Shown here piece after piece: positions 1 to 6,993 of a DNA stretch of 33,749 nucleotides. Each line of letters begins with the position of its first letter. Position 1 is the first letter of the stretch. Origin of the DNA: Christensenella sp. UBA1262 (GTDB lineage Bacteria; Bacillota; Clostridia; Christensenellales; CAG-917); assembly GCA_002308215.1 (NCBI GenBank), contig DBVO01000022.1:1-33749 (forward strand), read 5' to 3'. The position numbers and the translations under genes were made by a program. The notes below the pieces were generated by a model. The model did no database searches, was not told the origin of the DNA, and saw nothing but the letters and a program-made list of their open reading frames with translations.

Positions 1-549
1 AGCCAAGCTAGAGAAAGAGAATATAATGGTGCTTTTAATTGGCTTATTAATGCATATATTGTAAATCCATGCTACAATTCAACAGATCCATCTGTTTTAC
101 CTACATTAACAATGAATGGTTTTGATTTTAAAGCTTATTTGTTAGATACAGGCTTATTATACACATTATCCTTTATGGATACTAATCAAGATGAATTATT
201 CTATAAGTCTTTGATTTTAGATAAATTGCATCTCAACGAAGGTATGTTTGCAGAAAACTATATAGCTCAAGCACTAAAGAATAATGGGAAAAAATTGTTT
301 TATTACGAAAAAAGAGATGAAATAAGTCACAAAACAATTATTGAAATCGATTTTTTAACAATTCAGAACAAGAGAATTACACCATTAGAAGTAAAATCAG
401 GTGATAAAATTACAACAAAATCGCTTAATAAATTTAAAGATGCATTCAAGAATAGAGTCAATAATGGAATAGTATTATATGATGGCGATTTAAAATATGT
501 AGATGATACATTATATTTACCATTATTTATGATTGATTATTTAAAATAA
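1..549 (+). CDS. AAA+ 'ATP-binding protein' family, C-terminal DUF4143-like (PD-(D/E)xK-like) region; 5' end cut by the window edge
   Basis: Frame 1 is open from base 1 (SQAREREYNGAFNWLINAYIVNPCYN...) and runs into the tracked ORF 112..549. The pattern EIDFL...ITPLEVKSG resembles the nuclease-like C-terminal module of AAA/DUF4143 proteins. A terminator follows. Confidence 0.55.
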   Translation, partial: SQAREREYNGAFNWLINAYIVNPCYNSTDPSVLPTLTMNGFDFKAYLLDTGLLYTLSFMDTNQDELFYKSLILDKLHLNEGMFAENYIAQALKNNGKKLFYYEKRDEISHKTIIEIDFLTIQNKRITPLEVKSGDKITTKSLNKFKDAFKNRVNNGIVLYDGDLKYVDDTLYLPLFMIDYLK

Positions 550-610
550 TGTAACGACAACATATAAACATTAAGAAGTTTGATTTATTACAATAATAGC
601 TATCAACAAT

Positions 611-639
611 AAAAAAGCACGGATATAATCCGTGCTTTT
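611..639. terminator. Bidirectional intrinsic terminator between convergent genes
   Basis: Stem gcacgga (617-623) / tccgtgc (629-635) with loop tataa. An A-run lies upstream and a T-run downstream, so it works on both strands. Confidence 0.7.
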
Positions 640-659
640 ACATACATTTTCATTAAGTA

Positions 660-1580
660 TTATAGCCCATATGTGATAAGTGTGAGTTTATGTTCTGCAA
701 CACCACCTAAACCAATGTTAATTGTGAGTGGATTTACAACGTTTGTACTGCCTACTGTTTCAGCTGTACCTACCATACCAAGGTTGCCAACTACTTGGGA
801 AATAGCTTCTCCAAGTTTACCATTCAATTCATCAACATCTTGGCCAGTCATATTGGCAAAGACTTCAAGAATTGCTTTTGAAACTGGATCATCATTGTTT
901 CCATTAACACAAATACCTGTTGGAGTTGTAGCAAGTTTTCCTGTTGCGTTAATAGTAAAGTTAAAATCACTTACAAGATATGCTTGTTTTGGAATTGGCA
1001 AAATATTAGCAGCTGCCCCAAGTGCATCCTTGATTTGATCTGTGAAACTACTAAGATCCATGTAGGATACTACACGCAATGTGCCGTTAGCTTCTAACTT
1101 GCCAACTGTAACTTCTTTTACTGAAAGCTTTGCATCTTTCAATGCTTTAACTTCACTTGTGGAATCGGCATCTGCATGTTGAATGATATTGTCAAGAATA
1201 TATGCTATTGTTGTATCATCATATGATACAAGACGTTGTACATCATATAAAACAGGTTCTTTTACAACAGAAGAATAATCGTCTGTGTTATCAAGAGTAC
1301 TGCCCTCAAAATTGTCATCTGCCTTTACCTTTTCTTCTTGTTTATCGACAGGGTTATGAACAACATCGCTCTCTTTTGCCTTGCCGATGCCTTTTATCCC
1401 CTTATATATATCAATAATCTTCGTGTCTGCAAGTCCAAGTTCTTCAATCGTCTTTTCTCCAAGTTTAACATTTTCAAGGTGATATTGACGTGGAGTAAGA
1501 TGAATAAGAACTACAAACGCAATTGCTAGTATTACTAGAATTACTACTATTGATATTAAAAATTTGATAAGAAATTTCAT
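660..1580 (-). CDS. Hypothetical membrane-anchored (signal-anchor) extracytoplasmic protein
   Basis: Long ORF. I prefer the internal ATG at 1580 (MKFLIKFLISIVVILVILAIAFVVL...) because AAGGAG (1587-1592, minus) sits 6 nt upstream. One N-terminal hydrophobic helix, then a soluble Asp/Thr/Gly-rich region with no motif I recognise. Confidence 0.6.
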   Translation of the reverse strand: MKFLIKFLISIVVILVILAIAFVVLIHLTPRQYHLENVKLGEKTIEELGLADTKIIDIYKGIKGIGKAKESDVVHNPVDKQEEKVKADDNFEGSTLDNTDDYSSVVKEPVLYDVQRLVSYDDTTIAYILDNIIQHADADSTSEVKALKDAKLSVKEVTVGKLEANGTLRVVSYMDLSSFTDQIKDALGAAANILPIPKQAYLVSDFNFTINATGKLATTPTGICVNGNNDDPVSKAILEVFANMTGQDVDELNGKLGEAISQVVGNLGMVGTAETVGSTNVVNPLTINIGLGGVAEHKLTLITYGL

Positions 1581-1683
1581 GTTTGTCTCCTTTCTCATTC
1601 GAGATATATTTATTATATCACATTTTTTAATTAATGTTAATAAATTTTTCTATTAGAAATATGAAATCGGTTTCACATTATGC

Positions 1684-1712
1684 TTGCAATACAACAAATT
1701 GAAGTGTATAAT
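1684..1712 (+). promoter_or_regulatory. Sigma-A-type promoter for the TetR gene
   Basis: TTGCAA (1684-1689), 17-nt spacer, TATAAT (1707-1712), about 27 nt before the ATG at 1739. The SD is TTAGGAG. Confidence 0.5.
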
Positions 1713-1738
1713 ACTATTAACAAACTTAGGAGCAAACT

Positions 1739-2335
1739 ATGGCAAACGAAGTAAGAGTCCCAAAGCAAGGACGCGCAATAGAAAAGAAAAACCGCATCAT
1801 ACAAGCTGGATTCGAATTATTCAGCGAGGTCGGCTATTATAACACTAATACCGCCGAAATAGCAAAACGTGCTGGTGTTTCAACAGGTATAGTTTATGGA
1901 TATTTTAAAGACAAACGAGATATCCTGCTCGATGTACTTTCTCTTTATGTAGACAAAGTATTTTCTCCACTTCTAAACACAATAGATAACATCCCTTCTC
2001 TTGACTTGCACTCATTAGCATCTCAGTCTATTGAACTTGCTGTCTGCACACACGAACACAACGCTAAAATACATGAGGCGCTTCATTCCATGTGCCATAC
2101 AGATGAAGAAGTTAATTCTCGCTTTATGGTGCTTGAAGATGAAATAACTTTACGTATTGCAAAGCGTTTTGAAGAATTAGGCATACATGCACCAAATCTT
2201 GTTGAACGCGTGCATCTTGCAATGGACATAACTCAATCATTTGCTCATGAAAGCGTTTATGACCATCACAATTATATAGATTATGAAGAGTTTAGAAAAA
2301 TAGTTGAAAATACTCTTGTAAGTTTGTTTGAATAA
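1739..2335 (+). CDS. TetR/AcrR family transcriptional regulator
   Basis: N-terminal HTH signature RIIQAGFELFSEVGYYNTNTAEIAKRAGVSTGIVYGYFKDKRDIL. About 200 aa and helical C-terminal part, both typical of the family. SD AGGAG upstream. Confidence 0.85.
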   Translation: MANEVRVPKQGRAIEKKNRIIQAGFELFSEVGYYNTNTAEIAKRAGVSTGIVYGYFKDKRDILLDVLSLYVDKVFSPLLNTIDNIPSLDLHSLASQSIELAVCTHEHNAKIHEALHSMCHTDEEVNSRFMVLEDEITLRIAKRFEELGIHAPNLVERVHLAMDITQSFAHESVYDHHNYIDYEEFRKIVENTLVSLFE

Positions 2336-2353
2336 TAGTTTTATATACAATAT

Positions 2354-2385
2354 AAAAAATCCGCCACAACGGCGTATTTTGTTTT
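2354..2385. terminator. Weak bidirectional terminator between TetR (+) and the DUF4037-like gene (-)
   Basis: Short GC stem cgcc (2362-2365) / ggcg (2371-2374), flanked by an A-run and a T-run. The stem is only 4 bp, so confidence is low. Confidence 0.35.
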
Positions 2386-3328
2386 ATCCAACTAAAATAT
2401 GAAGATTTCTTATTTCTGCTGTTTTGATTCTCTTTTGTACGCTGAATCCATGTGGTTCTAGATAATTATCTTTTGCGTCAGATAGGTTTTGCTCTCTTAG
2501 CTCATTTGATATAGCAAGTGCAACATCTTCAATAATCTCTGATTTAACTTTCTTGCCTTGTTCATCATTTTCCGCTGTAAGTAAAAACTCAAGTGGAGCA
2601 CAAAGATCTGAAAGTTTTTCTAGTGTTCTCATTGCGCGGAACATCCATTTATAATATGGACAATGTCTCTTATTCAAAAGAAAAATAGTTTCAACAGCAT
2701 TTCTTACAAAATCATCGAGAGCAAGTGCTGCCGCCCCTTCTTCTCCATGTGCAAGTGCACGGCCATAGTTATACTGGCCTGTCTGCGCCATTCTAACACA
2801 ACGAGCAGCAATCTTTTTCAAGCGTACATCTTCTGGCATACCTGTTAAAATGTCATCCCTTATTTTGCTAAATACACCAAGATCATCACGGAATACTTCT
2901 CCATTTGTTGCTTCAGCAAAATATGAACTTTCTGTATAAAGCCAATCTCGCCAATCTGAAGGAGCACCTTCTCTACCCGTATATCTACGATAGAAATCCT
3001 CGATTCTTAAAACTCCTTGTGAATTGGCACCGATTACGGAAGTATGAGACAACTCTGTCCCATTGTACTCTGCTTTGAGTTTATCGTAGGCACGCGTAAG
3101 TTTGAACCCAATTTTCTCTTCATCTTCTCGTGTTAACCACAAAGAGAATCCTGTCTCAAAATCATGATCGCGACTGAGTTCATCATCAAAGCCAAAGCAT
3201 TCTGAACCATGCCCAACAAGACCGACAGCTATTCGGCCTTCATACTCTTTAAACTCACGGGCAATCATTTCTTTGCCAGCAGTTTCATAAAACTTTTTTG
3301 CTTCTTCAAGTCCTTTCATTTTATTCAC
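2384..3328 (-). CDS. Nucleotidyltransferase-like protein, DUF4037-type
   Basis: N-terminal GLVGHGSECFGFDDELSRDHDFETGFSLWL matches my recollection of the NTase-fold/DUF4037 family. The start is GTG at 3328, overlapping the upstream TGA as GTGA, or ATG at 3319. Confidence 0.65.
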   Translation of the reverse strand: MNKMKGLEEAKKFYETAGKEMIAREFKEYEGRIAVGLVGHGSECFGFDDELSRDHDFETGFSLWLTREDEEKIGFKLTRAYDKLKAEYNGTELSHTSVIGANSQGVLRIEDFYRRYTGREGAPSDWRDWLYTESSYFAEATNGEVFRDDLGVFSKIRDDILTGMPEDVRLKKIAARCVRMAQTGQYNYGRALAHGEEGAAALALDDFVRNAVETIFLLNKRHCPYYKWMFRAMRTLEKLSDLCAPLEFLLTAENDEQGKKVKSEIIEDVALAISNELREQNLSDAKDNYLEPHGFSVQKRIKTAEIRNLHILVG

Positions 3329-4122
3329 TTTGCATTATAAATGTCGTTTGCGCGTTTTTCCAATTCAGCCTTTTGTAAAAAGTATCCAAAGAACTCATAG
3401 GCTGGCGCACATTTTTCACATATATAAGCATAATTCCCATCTCTCTTGATTCTAGGATTATTTAAGCACTCATATGCTTTATTGAGACACTCATCTACTT
3501 TTTCATCGGCATCCTTGCCGTTCTTAAACGCATCATCATACTCAAGATGCGCAAGGTTAACATATGACACGGCAATCTCACCAAACACGTCTTCTTTGGC
3601 TTCTAAAAGCTTTATAGCTTTTAAATAGTTCTCTCTAGCCTCATCATAATGCTCTAGATCTTTAAGAGCCGTGGCATAGTTATTATATAGCCCTGCCAAA
3701 CGAAAATCATCTTGTGGAAGAAGACGCTCATACATTTCTTTTGCTTTTGCATAATATGGCATAGCTTCTTCTGCTTTGCCAAACGCTTTCATTGTAGTTG
3801 CTGCATTAAGATAAATTGTAGCAGTATTAACGCTGCTTTCATTATATGCGCAACTAAGTATAGTAAGTGCTTCATCTACAGCATGAAGCCCACGTGTTTT
3901 GTCACCTACTTTTCTATAATACCCTATTTCTTCGCTTAATATTTCGAGCAAACCTTTTTGGTCATAAAGTAACCTAGCTTCTTTTTCCCAATATCTAAGG
4001 ACTTCGCCAACTTCTTCCATTTCGTTGTGCGCAAAAAGATTATCAAGCTTGTCAATTATTCGCCCGATTGGGATATAACCAGTAGGTTCTTTTACACAAC
4101 AGCACTTCTCATCTATAGACAT
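3325..4122 (-). CDS. Tetratricopeptide-repeat (TPR) protein
   Basis: Repeated A/Y/L helical-pair pattern (ATIYLNAATTMKAFGKAEEAMPYYAKAKEMYERL; AGLYNNYATALKDLEHYDEARENYLKAIKLLE; AVSYVNLAHLEY). I prefer the ATG at 4122 (MSIDEK...) because AAGGTG lies 5-10 nt upstream. The tracked ORF extends to 4173. Confidence 0.7.
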   Translation of the reverse strand: MSIDEKCCCVKEPTGYIPIGRIIDKLDNLFAHNEMEEVGEVLRYWEKEARLLYDQKGLLEILSEEIGYYRKVGDKTRGLHAVDEALTILSCAYNESSVNTATIYLNAATTMKAFGKAEEAMPYYAKAKEMYERLLPQDDFRLAGLYNNYATALKDLEHYDEARENYLKAIKLLEAKEDVFGEIAVSYVNLAHLEYDDAFKNGKDADEKVDECLNKAYECLNNPRIKRDGNYAYICEKCAPAYEFFGYFLQKAELEKRANDIYNAK

Positions 4123-4205
4123 AATTACACCTTTTTTGAGATGGAAAAACTGCTCTGATGGGCAGTTTTTCATTGTATCTTTTGTTTCAATATGATTTTA
4201 GACAA

Positions 4206-5483
4206 TTATTTCTTTTCTGATACTTGAGCATCAAAGTTTTCAAGACAACGAACCGATATTGCATAGCAATCTGCAAGGCATCCTTTATCTAGGTTGTCGG
4301 CGGTATCTTTCATTGTGTGATAATAAGGTTGCAAGTTGAAGTCAAGTGCTGTAATACCAGTTGACTTGAAACCAGCTTGATTAAATGCAGCATTATCTGT
4401 TGCGCCTCCAAATGGTGGCACCCAGCTCTTATTACATGGAATTCCAAGTTCTTTTGCTGCTTGCATAAAGCTATCGGAAACTTCCTTATCGCTCTTAACT
4501 GTACCATTCAGGTCTCTATAACTTACACCCAAGAAACGGCTCTCATGAATTGTATCATAAGAATAAATCCACGTTGGCACATCCTTAAACTCATCTTTAT
4601 GAGCTTTTGCCCAAGCCATAGCGCCGCGAAGACCAGCCTCTTCACTACCAGAAATAATAACACCTACTTCTGTATGTTCAAGGTCAATTCCTTCTTCTTT
4701 CAAGGCTTTCAGAATTGCGATACCCATATAACAACCTGTAAGGTTGTCATTAGCACCATCAACGATAGTATGTTCATCCCACATGAAATATAATCCAACA
4801 AGAAGAGGAACAAATACTAGTGCCGCAAATCCGAAATAGATAAGAGCTGGTGAATATGTTTGCACCATAGCATCAAACGTGAAGTTATGCACATAGACGA
4901 GACTGCCAAGTCGAACAACAGCCGCAATACTTAAACCTTGCCAAACGAGTGCTCCAAGTATACTTGAAACAAGGTGTGCAGTATGTACTTTCCCGCCAAA
5001 TTTATCGTTAACTGGCCAGTTCCAAACTGCGTCAGGGTGACCATTGTAAAATACTCTGCCCTTGACTTCACCTGTGCACTTTTTAATTGCAGTCACGCTA
5101 TGACCAATTTTCTTTGGGAAGCATTTGTCTACAACCTTTTTGTAAAAACCAAATTGAATGAGGAGTAGCAACATTCCCAAAAAATTCAGTATTAAACCGA
5201 CAACTGGTACAAAGAAAAATAGCACAATACTCGCAAGTACAAAACTGATTGTAAAGTACAACCATCCAAAAAACGCATTTGGATGCTCTTCAAATTCTTC
5301 AATATCGACACGCTCGCAACCACATTTGTTCTTCATGTAGTCGGCCATATATTCGCAGGCCATCTTTTCGCCGAGACTACCTGGATCACGTTTTGGCATA
5401 TCATTACAGATATGTTTTATTTCTTGCTCCATAAAATCGGCGCTTTGTGCCTTTTTATCGATAAGTTTTTGAAGTTTCCCCAT
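4206..5483 (-). CDS. Polytopic membrane M28-family metallopeptidase
   Basis: M28 hallmark motifs NGHPDAVW, DGANDNLTG, SGSEEAGLRG and YHTMKDT. Several hydrophobic helices sit between the N-terminal part and the catalytic core. SD AGGGGGA precedes the ATG. Confidence 0.75.
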   Translation of the reverse strand: MGKLQKLIDKKAQSADFMEQEIKHICNDMPKRDPGSLGEKMACEYMADYMKNKCGCERVDIEEFEEHPNAFFGWLYFTISFVLASIVLFFFVPVVGLILNFLGMLLLLIQFGFYKKVVDKCFPKKIGHSVTAIKKCTGEVKGRVFYNGHPDAVWNWPVNDKFGGKVHTAHLVSSILGALVWQGLSIAAVVRLGSLVYVHNFTFDAMVQTYSPALIYFGFAALVFVPLLVGLYFMWDEHTIVDGANDNLTGCYMGIAILKALKEEGIDLEHTEVGVIISGSEEAGLRGAMAWAKAHKDEFKDVPTWIYSYDTIHESRFLGVSYRDLNGTVKSDKEVSDSFMQAAKELGIPCNKSWVPPFGGATDNAAFNQAGFKSTGITALDFNLQPYYHTMKDTADNLDKGCLADCYAISVRCLENFDAQVSEKK

Positions 5484-5503
5484 TTTATCCCCCTAATTAA
5501 AGC

Positions 5504-6304
5504 TTATGCTTTAAGTGCTTTCTTTTGTGCTTCGTAACGCTCAAGTTTCTTATATTCTAAATGCCAATAGAATGTACGAAGTGATGGGCAAATTGCAAAC
5601 AAGAATGTTGCCAAACCAAAGAGTTTACATGGGTTGACACTCTTTCTTTGTTTTTCAAGTCCTTTTACCATCTTCTTAGCAACGAGTGTAGGCTTTTGAA
5701 CTGGGAATGGTTTTTCTCTAATTACCATACCCTCTTGGCCTTCAACTGCCTTCTTGAAGAATCCAGTATCTGTTGCAACAGGATAGAGGCATGTGAGCTT
5801 AACGTTCTTTGGCATTTCAAGACGGAATCCTTGTTGGAATCCTTGCAATGCAAATTTTGATGCACTATAAAGTGTATAACCTGGAATAGCCATTTTGCCG
5901 ATAGCAGAAACTGTAAATGCCATATGTCCTGGCTTGCCATCCAAGTATTGAATATACTTTTGCATTGAATAAATTGGGGAATAGACGTTAACTTTGAAAA
6001 TATTTTCAATTCTATCCCAGTTAACATAGTCCATCATTTCATAGTATGGGAAACCTGCGTTAGCATAGAAGATATCAATTGAACCGAGCTTTTCAATAGC
6101 TGTCTCAAAAATGCGATCTACATTTTCAGGTGTAGAAACGTCGCATTGCATAGGAATAACCTTTGCAGGATCAAATTCTGCGAGCTTGTCTGTACGCAAG
6201 TCTACTGCCAAAATCTTGTTATCGCCTTTAACAAGCAATTTTAATGTTTCAAGACCGATACCACTGTTTGCACCAGTAAGAACAATGTTTTTGCCGTTTA
6301 TCAT
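5504..6304 (-). CDS. Short-chain dehydrogenase/reductase (SDR) family oxidoreductase
   Basis: TGANSGIGLE (TGxxxGxG) and YSASKFAL (YxxxK). I prefer the ATG at 6304 (MINGKNIVLTG) because AAGGAG sits 7 nt upstream. The tracked ORF extends to 6322. Confidence 0.85.
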   Translation of the reverse strand: MINGKNIVLTGANSGIGLETLKLLVKGDNKILAVDLRTDKLAEFDPAKVIPMQCDVSTPENVDRIFETAIEKLGSIDIFYANAGFPYYEMMDYVNWDRIENIFKVNVYSPIYSMQKYIQYLDGKPGHMAFTVSAIGKMAIPGYTLYSASKFALQGFQQGFRLEMPKNVKLTCLYPVATDTGFFKKAVEGQEGMVIREKPFPVQKPTLVAKKMVKGLEKQRKSVNPCKLFGLATFLFAICPSLRTFYWHLEYKKLERYEAQKKALKA

Positions 6305-6412
6305 ATTTTTTCTCCTTATCATGTAGCGCTTATGCGCATATAATCTCTAAAAATTAGTTTATCACCAATAAAAAGGCTTTTCAACCCACAAATTTATATT
6401 TTTGTGCCAAAA

Positions 6413-6973
6413 TTAGTGGCATAATACGCCGAAAAGTACTTGGGCACACTTTTTTAAATCATCAAGTGATCCATCATTTTGAATGATGTGGTCGGCAATT
6501 TTTATATATTCTTTATCATCAACTTGAGAATTGATTCTAGCTGTTGCCTCTTCTTTTGTCATGTTTCTATTGTTAATTAATCTTTCAATACGGTTTTCAA
6601 GCGGAGTTTCTATAGCGACTATAATATCAAACAAATCTTTTGCTCCACTTGCAAAAATCAAAGGCACCTCAACAACCAAGGGGCTCCTATTATCATCTTT
6701 AATTTTTTTCAAAATTAATGGATGCGCCACACTGTTGAGTTTTTCTCTTGATGCACTATCATGAAAAACAATATTTGCTAGCTCTTTACGATTGATTTCA
6801 TTATTCTCAACAGCAGATGGGAAAAGGTTTTTAATGGTTAAAACGTAAGAAGGCGTGGAAATAAGCTCAGAATTAATTTCATCCGCGCTTAAAGTTGCAA
6901 TGCCAATTTCTCGCAATGCATTCATTACTTCACTTTTACCAGATCCGATTCCTCCAACTACTGCAATTTTCAT
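6413..6973 (-). CDS. coaE: Dephospho-CoA kinase
   Basis: MKIAVVGGIGSGKSEV P-loop at the N-terminus and about 186 aa. It lies immediately downstream of polA, a conserved arrangement in Bacillota. Confidence 0.85.
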   Translation of the reverse strand: MKIAVVGGIGSGKSEVMNALREIGIATLSADEINSELISTPSYVLTIKNLFPSAVENNEINRKELANIVFHDSASREKLNSVAHPLILKKIKDDNRSPLVVEVPLIFASGAKDLFDIIVAIETPLENRIERLINNRNMTKEEATARINSQVDDKEYIKIADHIIQNDGSLDDLKKCAQVLFGVLCH

Positions 6974-6993
6974 GATTCTAACCTACTATTTTA

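Noticed and set aside
6325-6340. Palindromes AGCGCT and TATGCGCATA between the coaE stop and the SDR gene, as a possible operator.
   Set aside because: They are short (6 and 10 bp) and isolated. They are plausible by chance or as a minor RNA stem, and no repeated half-sites or matching regulator gene lie nearby.
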